A stretch of 64,000 bases of DNA from Laetmonice hystrix (GCA_965235115.1 OZ249436.1:34100001-34164000), one strand, 5' to 3'; counted from the stretch's first letter, positions 26,600-41,199 are shown. The notes: generated by a model from the letters alone, not told the origin. Numbers and translations: made by a program.

Positions 26600-27900
26600 A
26601 TCAGTAACTTTTTATGACTCCATTAAATCAGTGAAAGCTGACAGAAAGTTTGAAATTCTATCCTAACTTGCATTGAATGAGATAACCTCGAGGTTCAGGG
26701 TGTTGGCTCCGTACCAGGTGTCTTTACCACAACACTTACTACAAGGGTGCCACAGTTCAAATCATTATTAGCTTGACCTAACGTTTTTGGTGTTTATGTA
26801 TTCCAAAAGTTGAATCAGGGGTGCACTTTCTTTTTTAGGAAAAAAGGATACAATAATGTAGCTACTGTGAAGCTGCCCCACCGTTAGAACCTTTCTTGTT
26901 AAATGGCTATATAAAAAAAACAATAGAAAACTTTGAGGCTGACAGTGTGGCAATAGTATCAATGAGATACGCCGTTTATAAAGTAAAAATCTCATTGAAT
27001 ATGAAAATCGCAACGAAAAGTATGGTTTAAAAACTACTTTTTAATGTCCCTTATCTTTAGGAAAGTGCTTTTCAGGACTTATCTTCTCAACAACACATTC
27101 ATCTTCAAAATATGCTGGACTTCCATGCAGCTGTTCCAAGGAAATATACATACTCAATTATAGTAAGTTACAAAATTCTTACTGTTTGCCATGTATTGGA
27201 GGTTCAGCCTAGAATTCATCCTATATAACCTGATAATACATGTATATGTTACAGTCACGGCTGACGTTCATCGGTTGTAACGGATCCTCGTTTAAACAAA
27301 CCAACGGATAGATACTCGATGTTGATGGACAACCAGTAATGGTAGAGAAAGTTAAGGTTGTGGTGACAGGTCAGGAAGACAGCATGTCAGGTGGGCAGAT
27401 CAAAATCTGGGCAAGAATTGTGGGCAAATGGAGCCCAGAGACGACCATGACAGGCCGAGATGACACTGTGACCCGCTGGTGTCAAGCTCCCAGATTAGAG
27501 GGTCAGCCAAGATGAAGGTTAGAAGTTCACAGGATGCTGCCATCTTCGGCTAAAGGTCGCCCATGCAGGATTACAACACTTTTATGGAAATGGGGATTGG
27601 AAAATATGAGTCATGAATTTTTGGGGAGGTTCCTTTTATGTGGTCGGCATGAAAGGATTTCCAATGGTGTCAGTTTCCTCGTGGCCAATCTTCAATTGAA
27701 TACATAGCAATGTCCTGGTGGGCGGTGGCCCATTGCTTTCTGTGCCATTGTGCCGACTGGGCACTGATTTATCTGAGGAGGTTGGCGAAGATGATAACCT
27801 TCTTTCTGACCACTTTATCGGCCACAAGTGCTGTAGTCTTGAGGCCGTAGGTGGAGGTGACAGTGGCGCCGAGCGGAGGTGGAGGTCAGTGACAGGCGCT
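26600..27900 (-). mobile_element. Decayed L2/CR1 copy
   Basis: HQRVTVSS..VVSG..TILAQIL (about 27410-27485); FLYSHLTRKVL (26768..27013). Confidence 0.45.
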
Positions 27901-28199
27901 GACACAGGAGGCCGACATCCTGCTCCCCGGTAACCAGAGGTCCTGCCACCGGGCCGTCATCAGGCAGGACCTGCCAGCAACAGCCTGCCCTGGAGGTCGC
28001 CACTCCGGGCCGAGGTCGGCCTTTTACCTGGGGGCCGTCTTCGGGCGGAGGCCTCTCGGTCAAGGGTGACGTGGGGGTTTGGGCCAGGGGGAGGTAGAGG
28101 GCTGACCAAGTCATGAGCAGGGTCTCCTCAGAGTCGGGTCGGGTCGGGGGCCGGGGGGAGCGGGCGTGCCAGGCCACTAGAGGTGCCAGTCTCAGAGCC

Positions 28200-29290
28200 G
28201 CCCCTCTCCGTGCTCCTCAATGGAGTTCCTGATTATGATTAGACTGATCACGGGGCAGCTTTTGAGGTACCTGTCAGATGCACTTCAGCGGAGTCTTAGA
28301 CGAACCGAGCCAAGGCTGTGTGCCCTGTCATTGTGGCGGACCGTGGCAGGAAACACAGGGCACCAAGGGTCGACCTGCCCGTCCAGTGGCACCAGACCCA
28401 AAGAAAGAAGGGCGGGAGACCATGTAAGCCCCTTTACACCCACGTTGGATGAAAGCCTCAGGGTAAAGCCCCTCAACTGCACCGCCTTTGCAGAGGGGCC
28501 ATGCCAAGCCTCGGCTGAGGCGATTTCAAAAGAAGCCACTTCAAATGTTCTGTGGCTTCACTTCTGTTAGTCAGACAGGGCTTGAGGATATCATAAATAT
28601 GCTCACTTTATTTATTCCCAGTATGCTTGTAATCTGAATGGTTTACCAAGTTCCTAATTTGCCATGACTATGTTTTTTCAAAGTAGGTAACAGCTTTCTT
28701 CTCTGAAAGAATTTATATAGAAAAAGTCACCTTAAGGCATTGGAATCGTCGTAAAACGCGGAATACAGGAAAGAAAAGCGTGGAGAAAGATCGACTATCC
28801 AACAATAACCATAATATCTATCAAGGTGCCTGAATGCGAGTCCATTGCCATCACTTACATCAGTGCACTATAAAGGCACTGTGTGGGTCAGTCTAGGTTA
28901 TTGTCATGAAACTGGACGCACACCGGATACTGTTTGAGACGTCTTTGTATCATTGCCTTTATTTGCTTTTATTTCCTTGATTGCATTAATGTTTGTGCCT
29001 ATTATTCCATGCTAGCGCCATTGCCATCAGTACTTAACGAAAGGTCTGTCACGTATAACCTGTAGAATATGGCGGGCAATGGCGTGACAATTGGCGTCAT
29101 CAGTGTCCACTGCGATGACACTGTCAGGCTAGGAGGCAGTGGGCATTGACACGGTGACATTCCTAATACCGAGGACCGTGACACGCGGCCTTTATGGGGG
29201 AATGTCACAAGGTGCCGTGGCCCCGACCCCTCATGCATGCAGGGAGAGGCTGACATGGCAGGCAGTGATGGAAAAATTCCCAGGTTATAG
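28200..29290 (-). mobile_element. Decayed L2/CR1 copy
   Basis: SQW..LPAIF..YVTDLS (29002..29256); LRGFTL..LTW (28285..28539). Confidence 0.45.
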
Positions 29291-29749
29291 AGTTTGACAG
29301 ATAGGCACTCTTATAAAGCCTGCTATAACAACCATCATAACGACGATTTCATTGCAAGGTCACCCCTTGTTATCTTTACAGCCTACGGGGACAATCTTCT
29401 TCTCACTATATATAATGAGGTACAGTGCATAATATATTTCGTATGTATGAGGTATACCAAGTGGTCGATGTATGTGGGTCTTGTCCAGGCTTCATTATAT
29501 GGGATACCATATCTTGTATACAACCAACGAGTCTATACTCGTTGATACAACCATGGAACCTGTAGAACTGGAGTTCCTATATCGTAAGTTTTGTAATCTT
29601 AATTGGTCGTAAACACAGAATGTTTTTATGGCAGTTTTTACTGGCATGGTGGACTTGATTAGGAAAGCCGATCAGCGAGAAGATGACAAAATCTCTATCC
29701 TTGCTGTGGTGGTCACCTGAAACGGGATCATCACAAAACTATATGGAGA

Positions 29750-30950
29750 CTATATGTAAGGGATTAATGTTGATTTTTTAAATTTAGTGTTTCGTAGTTT
29801 GTAACTGTTGAAATGAGATTAATTTCCTTTACAAATGGAGACCGAGTTAAGGCGATAACTATAGAATTTTCAGGTCCGTTGGTCGTATTCTACCTAGAAT
29901 GTATAGACATGAAGCGTTTGGACAACACTTTTATTCCAGCAGAGCCATCTAAAGTTGCTTCTTAGACACATGGCACAGGCTGCCTATCCTGTTGACTCTT
30001 CAATTTGTGTCTTCATAAAGCATATTTCTACTTTACGCTGCCTGAAATGTCACAGCTAACGTAAGGAAGTGTTTGCATGACAAGTGAAGACGGTAAAGTG
30101 GGTGCAGTGCCGAGCTGTAAGTAGTAGATGGAGTTGTGAGTGATACGGCTCATACAGGAGGGCACTATACTGTTGAGTGATGGCAAGCAGGCAGGCCAGA
30201 CTCACCTCTCACCTTTCACCATTTGATATTCACTACTGATGGACTCGACCACTGCAACATCCCATTAGTAACCTTCAGGTCAACAGCGGCTGGTGTCAGG
30301 ATGCGGGGGTCTTACGGGGGCATAGCAAGGCTCGGCCGGGTGGGGGTGGCGGGTCAGTGGTAGCGTTGGTAATGTTACACAAGAGAGTCTACCCAAGGGC
30401 AGCCGGAGGTCCTCCTGGCGAGGGTTAGCGACCGGGGCTGACCTGGTGAAAGCTATAGCGACCCTTCCACACGCACCCCGACACACACCTTCACAGGAAC
30501 CGCCGACTGCCAGGTCGCTCCCGACGACCCCCGATGGACCACCCCAACCATAGTGTGGATTGCTGCATCAAAAGTAAAAATGAGGTTGGGGTTACTGGAG
30601 AGGGCAGAGGGAGCCGGAGGGATCCAAGGAGGGGGTGTTTGTGTCAGGGCAGGGCGGTCGGAGAGGGTCGGTGGCAGGGTCAGGGAGCCCGGCTAGGGGC
30701 CACCCAGCAACTAACAGCTTTCATATGCTCGGTCCCCAAGGTCGGCCACTGGGGCCCGGCTACAGGTAACCCTATTATAACCACCGGTCCGCCCGGCTCT
30801 CCAACTCCGACCGGCCGTAATTGCAATGTGCTCAGAAGTCAGCGAGGGCCAGGGAGGTTGAGCCGGCGGGGGCCACGGCCACTGGCTGAGGGTCAGACAG
30901 GTTATGGGGCTTTCCCAGGTGTTGGCTCACCTGGCCAGCCCAGGGCACTG
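29750..30950 (-). mobile_element. Decayed L2/CR1 copy
   Basis: LIF..AA..TWQSAVPVK (about 30490-30590); NPRQEDLR (30280..30486); FRQRKVEI; RNTKFKKSTLIP (about 29760-29800). Confidence 0.6.
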
Positions 30951-31099
30951 ACCGGCAGACTGACCCCCATTAAGGCGGTGCAGAGGGGACGGCACTCTTA
31001 TGACATATTATCACAAACATCCTCCACACAGCCAGGTCAGCCAGGTCAGCTTGCTTTCCAAGTGCCACTGGCTGAGATATTCCCACGGTTACTCTACAA

Positions 31100-32150
31100 C
31101 ATAGAAATTTTAAGGGCGCCGAGGGGGCTTTGTGTAAGAAGTGATTATCTTACATTCAGCTTGAAACGAATGACAGGGGGTGGGGTTATCTATAAGAATT
31201 TTTTTTACTTTGTGCTACCTAGTATTATGGCATCTGGCGTCCAATAATATTAGAGATAACCCACTCATAGGAAACCATTCTTTATTAAGACAATTTAAAA
31301 CGGGAAACCTGATGACCAAGGTAAAGATGTAATATATGTTTGACTCCAAATGGTAAAAAATATAATCAGCTTTAAGGAAATTTATTATTTCGGACCAGTC
31401 GTCTAGTAAAACAGATTAATGAAATGAATCGTACGATGGCGCGTAAGAAAGGGGGAGATTTGTGTGTATCAGGACGGCTGTGACTGAGTGATACAGCCAT
31501 GGCACCAATGGCTGTGGTGCCATGTTGGCGGGGCCTCCCAAGACAAAGGTGAGGCGATTGGTCCCCGGTACCTTTCGGAGGTGTCATGATGTATGAGACC
31601 CAGGGGACAAGGAACCCTGGATGGGGCCCAGGCTGGGTTCACCCCGGGTGGTAGGCGAGAAGGTGGAGGGGTCGAACGATCGGGACCCCAGCGTGTGGAA
31701 CCTAATAGCTCCCCGACCCTATACTGTATGAAGGCATTAGCGACCAGGTGACAGCGTAACATCGAGGGCGATTGGTCTCCCTGGAAGGTCTACGCGGTCA
31801 CGACGTCTTCAATGAAGGAGGTTAGGGGAGGTGGACAGGGGGGTGACAGATGGTGACAGGGTGTCATAGATGGGACGTATTGAGAGGGGGTGATGGAGGG
31901 GTGGTAAGGTTTGTCTGAGGGTGACCGGGGTCTCCCATGGGGTTCAGGCGGGTTATCCCGGGAGATATGAACTTATTGTTGTTGGTGCCGCCAGGCCGGA
32001 GTGTGGATCCAGTGTGCAGGTGAAGTATCATTATACAGGAGGTCCCCCACCGCCTGATCCGCTCACCTCCCACCACTGGATCATTGGGATTGCCTCCAGG
32101 CAGGGATGACACCCCAATATTGGATCAGGCAAGGAGGGGGCAGATTAGGT
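31100..32150 (-). mobile_element. Decayed L2/CR1 copy
   Basis: LRP..KFI..LNPMG (31864..32112); AFIQYRVGE..STRW, PPGV (31469..31762). Confidence 0.4.
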
Positions 32151-32179
32151 TAACCTTGGAGTGTAGAGGCATGGCCATG

Positions 32180-33100
32180 AAGCTTTCAGCGTAATTATCT
32201 GTCTTCACAATAACAATAGACAAAGTTTTCATAGTTATTATAATAATGCAGTCTCATTGTTCTGTTGTGTATTTCGATTGATAGTTATTGTCACTGTTCT
32301 AAAACTTGTTACCGTTTTATGAATAGATATTTATTGGTATTTCAGTATAATCACCCTTGTTCTTTTTACTGTTTTTATCTTTTGGTGACTCCCCAAACAA
32401 GTCTGGTTATCACCCTGTCGATATTAACCGTGGTGAAGTGAGAATAAATGACACGAACACTGTGGGTAGACGGACTACCAGAGTTTGCGTGCTGGCAAGG
32501 GGCAGACTCCTGACACAGGGGGCGCTGGTAGTGTGACGCCATTAGCCCAGCTTGACATGGCAATATAGGCAGGTCAGTGGTGATCAGTGGACCTGCTGAC
32601 ATTTCCCCAACTCAGGCGCACACACCGAAATATGCTTCGTACACAATCAACCCGTAGTTGACATCTCATTTGCACATGTCATGCCACGCTGACCGCGGAC
32701 GCCCCCAAAAGCTACTCTTAAACAAATGGAAGGTACAACGGGGCCAGGGGGTGGGGTAGGTATGGAGGAATATCATCAGGATTGGGGCACATAGGGTAAT
32801 GGGCTCACTGACCAGGGGAGACCCGTGTTCGAAGAGCTGAAATAGAGGTGAGAGACGGGGCAGGAGGCTTCTCCACTCTAATATAACTACAGGACTTCTA
32901 TTCTGTGGAGAGGGCGAGGGACGGTCAAGTTGGATCCTGAAGGCCTTTCAACAGGTACACTGGAAGCTGTGGTGTAACTGTTGGGGAAGTTATGGCTGAT
33001 TGAGTAGATGATCGCTGAATGTGGTATTACCGTTTGGAAGCATATCGAGAGATAAACAAGCCTTTCTTCTGTTGTTTGGGACATAAAACAGAATCAAAAA
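32180..33100 (-). mobile_element. Decayed L2/CR1 copy
   Basis: FQTVIPHSAII (32887..33084); GPLITTDLP and NIDRVITRLVWGVT (32375..32602). Confidence 0.5.
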
Positions 33101-33249
33101 TGATAGTCTGTGTTCCATTGTCAAAAAGAGATACTGGTTTGTGATCAGTAATGCGTGACCCTGTCAACACCAAACTTGCTGAGAGTTATCTAGGGGGATC
33201 AAACTTTATGTTCAACTTCAACTTCAAAATTCAAAATTCGACAATCCTC

Positions 33250-35100
33250 TAAAATATCTAAGGGTATTGCACACCTAAAGTTAGACTATCATTTTTTTGG
33301 GACATACTGTATAACGGATTTTACTTAAACTATTATATAACAAGTGAAACAAAGTAAATGGTATTTTTAGAATCATGCTTCATAAAAACAGCTATGGAAT
33401 TAGTTGTTTATACAGCATTATATGAGTAGAAATGATGTAGCTTTCCTTCACCTCCCTCCATCCAAAGTTAAAACGTTGAGGGATTGGGCATTGGGATGAC
33501 ATTTACCGTATAGGTATTAACTGTAGGTCGAGAGCATTATTTCAGATTGACACTCAGCATCAGGTGACATGAATGTGGATGATCTAACACCGAATGATGT
33601 TCTCGGCATTGTTTCAGCCGGGGCCGGCAGGTCGCTATTGTTCTCGACTTGATCCTTGCCCAACGGTCCTGGTCAGCCAGGTGGACTTTTAATTGGATCC
33701 GACCGGGGCAGCCAGGGGACATATCAGGTGCTCTCAGGAGTTCTTCTGTAACCTCGTCAGGTGACAGGCGGTAATATCAAACACGAACAAATAAACTGAA
33801 CTTTTATGAAAGTCAAAACGAAAGTAAGGTCAAGGTCAGTTTGAATCTTATGTGGCGCTGATAAAGTTGAAATCAGAGTTTGAGACGCAACTTAATCCAC
33901 ACGGGTAAGAGTTTACAGTCGAATACCATGATACCTTCACCAGTCGAGCACCATTTAACCCTCAGGGATGCAAGCAATGGTTTAGTATACCTTAAACCAA
34001 GTGTACCGGAGAAACTTATGGAATGTACATTGTGGGTCTGTTTATAGAGGGCGAGGGTCGATGTAACTATAGGTATGAGAATAATAGATGGAATGGTAGA
34101 GAAAAATAGTGTCCAGTAAAAGTCTGTTCAGTAAAATGACGGAGTTTGATAGAATATATAACAAATATTCTTCGAGAACACTGTGTTTATGTTATTAATT
34201 AAGTACACATATATACAGGAGTTTATATGTGTTATAGTCACACGCATGTACACTAAGTCATATAATCAGTAAAATGACGGAGTTTGATAGAATATAACTT
34301 TTATTCCTCGAGAACACTGTGTTTATGTTATTAATTAAGTACACATACAGGAGTTTATGTGTTATAATCACACGTATGTACACTAAGTCATGTAATCTCG
34401 TTCAGGATGGCGACAGCATCATGAACGATGGTTAGATACAACTGATGTGCCAAGGTTCCACGGTATAGGCAATACGCCTGGGTGAGTGTAGAGCGTAGCA
34501 TCATGGCCATCTCGGATCATAGACCGTGCCAAGCCGTTACCATTGTAGGCAGAGAATGATAAAGCTCTGCCACATGTCATGGCACCAATGGCACAAATGG
34601 CACCCGGACATCATCGCCCACCGCCCCACCATCTCAGCACTAAAGCAGCAGCAGTCAAGATGAATGGCCGACTCCGATTGGCTCGTAAATATCAGAGGTT
34701 AGCGACACCTAGAGGCGACCGGGATCAAAGCGGCGATAACGAGGCTGATCCCAGGTGTTAAGAGGGGATGCATCATGTGGACATTGTTGGCCGCCGAGGC
34801 CAGAGGTTCTGCTCCATGTGAAATTGGGGTCCAGGGGTGGAGCACTACCCCTATATACCCCCTTGCTTTCAGATTACACCCTCCTGCTGCTGGAAACTGG
34901 GAGAGATAAGACGCCGGGGTCAGGGGTCATCGTCACACCTGCCGCCTCGTTAAAGGTGAGGGTTGGATGGAGTTTCTAGGGTAATATAGTGCTGTTGTCA
35001 GGGGCAACAGGATTGGGTATTAGGGATGAAATATGATGACTGCTCATAAGAAAAGGTGGCCGGCCAGGGCAAGAGGAATGCATTTTGGATACCGATAATT
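33250..35100 (-). mobile_element. Decayed L2/CR1 copy interrupted by a 138-bp duplication
   Basis: LDPN, YRRFD, GTLAHQLYLTIVHD (34400-34950); TCRPRLKQ..HHSVL (33537..33722). Confidence 0.6.
34129..34397. repeat. Two-copy direct tandem duplication (about 138 + 131 bp), AT-rich
   Basis: cagtaaaatgacggagtttgatagaatata...cactaagtca starts at 34129 and 34267; near-identical with small indels. Confidence 0.95.
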
Positions 35101-35249
35101 CACTTGGCTGGCTCAGTCCTAAGGACATGATATTTCCAGGAGGCAATCCTTCTCTGCTGCAGCAGTCAGCGATGAACCGTGATTGACCAGATATTAAAGT
35201 CGGATAGGTCGTATATTATGAGTGCAGCACTGGGACAAAATCAAGTGCA

Positions 35250-36300
35250 GAACTCTAGGTCATCCGCGAAAAGAAACTAACGTTGTAAGACGGTTGTGCC
35301 TGAAAGACTTAAGTTATGTGTATATTGTTGAATCTTTAAGAAATCTTTCTTCATAATGCTACACTATTAGGCTGACATTGAGGCCGTATAGGGCGAAGGG
35401 CCTTCAAGTTAACCTCCTAAAATCTAGTCTGACTTAATTACTACAAAAAAAATTCCCACTCAGTGATCCCCATCAGTTCATGCTGACACGATGATGCTGA
35501 TATCGTGTTTTGTATTGCCATTACTGGGTAGGTCGAGTGTGGATATAGCCACTGACAGACTATAAGTAGTATAGGGAGTTGTTGGTTTGCTGCAGGCCAT
35601 TAACTCCTGCTGGTGTTAGCGCTTGCCATTGCTGGTTCCCTTTAGGTCTTTTGGTAATGAACTTCAAGTGCATTTGCATATGTACATTTAGGGAGACTGA
35701 AGGCTATAACTGAATTAACCAATTTAAAATAATTGTCCTTTAGGGAAGAAGGACGGATAATCTGAAAAGCCTTGAATATTGCGATTAGATATACGTCAGA
35801 GAAATCTTGTAGGAGAAGATTTGGTGAGGCCATTGGTATTCAAATGACCTCAAGTGTTTTTCATTAACTGACATCAATTTCCACCAGCACATAGGATGAA
35901 TGTTTGTGGTCGTAAGAGATGAGGTCATATCTTAGTCGAGCATGCCAATAAAAGATGCCGTAATCAGCGTAAAGGACACGGGAGGAGTGGATCAGACTGA
36001 TGTGGGAGCTGAAGGTTGGGCTGGTCGTAATGGGCAGGAGGAAGTTATCATTTAGTATGGGTCTGACAGCCAGGAAGCATACACGAGGTATAAGGCATGA
36101 TTAAAGCGGGTGACTGGCGTGATTGTGGCCGGAGAAAGGTGAGCCGGATATTGGCAGGGAAAGATGACAGAATTATAGGGCAGAGTTGGCCGGCCCCTTC
36201 CTCCCGACACACGGCCACTGATCCTAGTCATTTGTTAGCCAACCTTGTGCAGGTATTATTCATTGATATCGCTACGTGCAGGTCAGGTTGGCCAGTACGA
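35250..36300 (-). mobile_element. Decayed L2/CR1 copy
   Basis: ILND, YADY (35960-35971); IFKAFQIIRP (35642..35833). Confidence 0.35.
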
Positions 36301-37700
36301 GAATAGATGTATCCCTTTTTTTAAAGCGAACAATGAAGCCACATCTATTTTGTTGTTCAGATTATTTATAATAAACAGGTATGATTATATTTGATTGTTT
36401 TGGGCCGAACCTGTTTTATTAGCATTGTTTGATAATGGATTCTGTTTGTGGCTTCGTTTAGATCAAGCTATAGGAGATTATACAAGACAGCCGTCAAGGT
36501 CGACTGTTTCAGCCACATGAAAGCGTCGGACTATTCTCTCATCTCCTTGATTTGTACATTTATAACGTTATTGCTGACCCTCCTCTGTGTTACACTCTAC
36601 CCTTGTCTGACAACTGCAATTCTATAAGTAAGAAGGCAGCTCTGCATGATGCGAAACCTATTTACTTGATTGGCTTGATTTAGCGACCGTTGAGACCGAT
36701 GGGGGCGCACTATATGGATTCAGATGGCTGCCTCGTATGACTCGGCCTGACCAGGTGGGTCTAACACCAGTCAACCTGCTGAAATTGAGGCCAGGCAGGT
36801 CACATGACCGATAGCCCAGGCTGTCCACTGCAGGTGACAGGTTGGAATTGGGCGGATGGCGAGGGCTTGTGTAAATGTTGCATATGATGTGGGGGTCAGG
36901 CAGCGCAAGCAGTTAGCAAGGTATTGCTCAGCTCATTGTTGACTTAGCAAAGCCATGGGAAAGCTGTGGGAGACATGGGCTGGAATTGAGGTGAGCCCGG
37001 GTCATGTGACCACTGGCAAGGGAGCAGCCATTATTGGGTCTGGGTTGAATTGATAGGTGGCGTATCATGGCACGGCTCAGTGTAATTGGTATAGGTAGGT
37101 CATGGGCCAGGCGATTGTGGACACAACCATTTGATTAGAAGCGGAACTTATTGCAAGTGGAGGACATGATAATGGACCGGTGGCAGCGAGGGGTTAGATC
37201 GGTGAAAGAACCCCGGCCTCCGACGGCCGCGTGTCACGGCCAAACTTCGGAGTCGGGGGAAGGGCAAAAAAAGATATTAAGCTGGCGGGGGTCGCGGCCG
37301 AGAGACGGTTATGACTTGATTATTGCCTTTGCTGAATCCCACAGCCCGAGCCGGCGGTAAGCCGCAGAGTCAAATTGAGGTGGAGGGTCATGTGACTAGC
37401 GGGCAGGATCAGGTGACTGGAGTCACAGGTGGATCGACACAAGTGGCCTTTGACCTCTGATAAACATGTTGCTGCCATACCTGGTCCCCGCAGTCCATGG
37501 CAGGGGGATGTTGACCAGGGAAGCGCAGATGGAATTATGACCGGGGAGGGATGCAGCGGCACATCGGGGTGGAATTGAGGTTATGACATTGCTGATGTAA
37601 CCGGTGACAGGGGCAGGGGGATGGTGGGTGAGGAGGGCTTTAACGACCACAGCAGGGGGCCCAGGGATTGCCCGGTGGAGGCCAGTATTACCAGCCAGAT
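36300..37700 (-). mobile_element. Decayed L2/CR1 copy
   Basis: IIP..LR..TCLSEV (37320..37562) ~ VPIPK..DLRPISLTPCLSKV; remainder weak. Confidence 0.35.
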
Positions 37701-37749
37701 ACAGCGTCTGTCCTGGGGAGGACACTGATCAAACGATGGCTATAGAAAG

Positions 37750-38750
37750 CACTGGGAGCATGTGTTGACCGGAGGTAACGTATATCATGCTTAACGTAAA
37801 CACCTCGAGAGGAAAGAGATTGTCCAAATGATGTCTGGCTTCAAAGCCATTGCAGTCACAGGTTCGGCATTAAATAAAAATACCCCCCCCCCCCCCATTC
37901 AGCCATATAGTGAAGACACTTCACAGTATAGTCCCGGCCTGATGGAATGGACGTGGCCATATTCTGGGGACTCTGGTGATTGACATGGTAACTGGGAGGC
38001 CTCTATACGTAATGGTTGTAAGATCATCACTTTGTCTGAAATTGGTAATCAATTGCTGTACTCCACTCACAGCTAAGCGCTGAAAGGAGACATTTTCGTA
38101 TTTCTCCCTCAGCTTCCTCCCCCTCCCTTCACCATTCCAAATTGACCATTTGCGATGCACAGAGCAGGAAAAGCATTTTATCTGCACTGACCAGATTGGT
38201 CAGTGAGGGCGTGAAGGTCAGCCGGCGTGATCTGGCCCGCTGGCAGATGAGGGACCGGTCAGCCCCCTCTGGAAACGCGCCACTTGTCCATGTCAAAAAT
38301 GTTGCAAGGTTCACAGCTCGCAGGAAGTTATCTCACTTATGACTAATGCACTTTTGTTGCCTGGCAGAAGACCCCTCTGGCATGGCGCCGAAATTAAGGT
38401 TAAAATTGCAAAAATTGACACCGCCTCGATAACAGCCGACGTAACAAAAATTAGCCGGCGAATGTGTCGGGAGCGAGTTGTCATGGTGACGGGATCGGAC
38501 TTGTACGTGTCAAAAACAGAGCAAAGGTCAGCTGACCAGGGGAGACAGGTCTTTATTGCCTTCAGCAGTGGAGATCAGAAAATGGAATTGAGGTTGCATA
38601 GGTGATGGGCCCGGTGACAGGGAAGAGGCAAAAGTTAAATTGGGGTTACGCAGGTTACTTTACAGGGTGACACGAGGCATGGCCGCCTGCCAGCAGGTAT
38701 ACACCGGGCGCACCAGTCACTGTATTAAGGGTCAACCTCAGAGGCGGAGG
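37750..38750 (-). mobile_element. Decayed L2/CR1 copy
   Basis: LTW..QRARSRRLTF (38129..38314); QSDDLTTITYRGL (37996-38034) ~ QSDDLESIQKRAL. Confidence 0.6.
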
Positions 38751-39850
38751 GTCAAGGTGACGGGGCCAGGGTGAAGGCCACTAGGAGCAACCTGAACCGT
38801 GCCTTGGTTACCCAGCCATTACTCCAGGTTAGTGTGGGCCAGGACCTCATGGTCAGCAAAGATCACCAGGAGCAGCCCTCAGTTGGGGCATAACACACAG
38901 TTTGACCTAACCTCTAAGAGGAGGGCACCAAGGAGGGAGGGCTTTTTATACCAGACTGAGGGACAAGAAGTATGCGGTTATAAAAGTGATGAGGCACCGC
39001 GTTATACCCTTGGGTTAGCATGGACTACCTGACCAGCCTATCCATGAGTGCTTTTTTCTGACAACTGTAATACGCCACTAATGGCTGATGGGGCCTAGGG
39101 GCCTTTTTTGTCGTAAGCAGCTGCCCACGTTAACTCAGAGCTCTGCCATTATGATCGCCAGGCCCCAACTCCCTATACACACACGGTGCTTCCGTTGACC
39201 CACCTCAGTAACAGGATGGTAAGGGTGGGAGAGCGTGTCCCAAGAGACACCCTCCTGCCTTCAGTCCCTCCACTGCTCCAGTGCAAAGGGCCCCACAGAC
39301 ATCGCGCATCATCCATTCTCATTACGCCCTTCGCGATGCTGACAGAGCAAAAAGGAACAGATTGATTAAACCATGTGCAGGCAGCCAGTTATGACAGCTT
39401 GTGCATTCCCCTGCTGATGGGATGTTGCGGGCTGGTGTCAGCGGCATCCATTACGGAGGCCCGAGCAAGCGGCCGCGGTGCTGGAGGCCAACCGCGGGCC
39501 TTGTCAGTAGGCTGACTGACTGACTGCAGCCTGCCCCGGGCCACTCAACCCACCGGCCCGGCCATATACTCACTACTCACACTACACCTCACCGTTTGTA
39601 ATACATCTTCTTCAGTCTGGATCTCACACAATGAATGCCTGATCGACCAGTGCCTTCCGATATCGCGGAATATGTTAGAAAATGTTATGGAGAAATTAAA
39701 CCATTGAAAATCAGGTCATTGTCAGAGAGGTTGATGAAAGGTTGCCAGAATCGTGTGGCAGGAGGGGGAAAAAGATACTTCAAACAGTGAGTGTGGCGCT
39801 GTAGATACAAGCACGATCGAGAAGCGGGGAAAATAGAGTGGAAGACCAGG
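38750..39850 (-). mobile_element. Decayed L2/CR1 C-terminal copy
   Basis: RQKRPL (about 39085-39110); FYNRIL, PPSLVP, TKARFR. Confidence 0.4.
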
Positions 39851-41000
39851 CATTGATGTCAACATTGTAATCTCTTACAGCACGTTTCAGCTGATTGTCT
39901 CGACTGAAACCAACGTTAGATAACCTCTTCTCATCCTTCATTGAGGCAGGAAAAAGGGTGGCAATGAGGGTCCATCACCAAATAGAATACTGCTGAGGCG
40001 CTGGTATATGCTGTTTTTAACACATAGGCCGGCTGTATCCTATGGGAATATGTTGAAGTATTGGTACTTTGAATATAGTTGGGACCAGATGGGGAGAGGA
40101 TTTTTGTAAGATAACGCAAGTGGACTCTGACATCATCACATGTGGACCAACGAACAAACAAGCTAAAAAAAACAACACCTTACTCCTCAGATAATCAACT
40201 TTGAAAAACTTCTTAGCCTGGATTGATTTTAGTGGATAGTCACTAAAATTAAAGCCATCTGCTGGTTTGCAGAGTTTCTGAAGCTAGCTCTGGAGTATAC
40301 TGTGTATCAGCCAAACCATTTTACTTTTCGCGTTTGAATATTATGTGTTTACAGTTTAAACCTGGCGCGGATGTAAAAATAATACAAAACCAGTGGCGTA
40401 TAATTATAATGAAATGGGGAGGACGTCATGTCGGTTTGAGAACATAAAACAGAGAGTTCAGTGAGGTGGCAGAGATTGTAGATAGAACAGGTTGGTGTCT
40501 GACTTGTAGTGGGCGAGGCTGGGGCGGATTACAGACAATTAACATTGTGAAGGTTACCAGCCCCCTGCTACCACCGGGCGCTGCGGTCGCCAACTGGTGC
40601 AATATGGATATATGCTGATAAGGCTAGGGTCGTTGAAAGTTGATGGCCCGTTACATTCAGCGGGTCTTAGATTTTTACATTCCGCTGGGCCTGCCCCCAT
40701 CAATCTGCACAGCTAATTAGTGGGTGGTGGCGTAGCTAGGCAGCATTAATTAACATGGGTCGGGTGGTGCGGGGGCGTACGGCGGCATGCCTCGGCTGTG
40801 ATAGGTCAAGATAGGTTATCAGTGGTATAACGGCAACATGGCTACCAACACTTTGACTGCCCGTCAGCTGTCAGTGCTGCTACAAACATATGGCCGTATA
40901 GTTTCGGCTACGGTCCGCACGCATCGCCACATTTTGATATTTTGCAGCTCCTCTTCGTCATGGTGATTTCTTTTCGCGTATCCGGTTGAGTGTATGGTAA
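39850..41000 (-). mobile_element. Decayed L2/CR1 copy
   Basis: YLDLS (about 40800); FYLVMDPHCHPFSCL (39931..40161) ~ F..IMQDPxHxLHSLL. Confidence 0.45.
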
Positions 41001-41199
41001 TGGTGCGTTTTGTTTGTAAATTATGGATACAGAAGTTGGGGACTGTATCACCCGGTGTATGTGACTAGAGATTTAACCCTGAATTAGAGATCGTCATGTT
41101 GTCAAGATCACACACTTCCTGACTTTATTTCAAACCATTCCTCCGTACTAGGGCTCCATTATTGGACAGAACCATATTGATGCATGTGTTTTTAAGGTG

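Noticed and set aside
30534-31247. 237-aa plus-strand ORF
   Set aside because: No recognisable domain; GC-rich antisense of an L2 relic.
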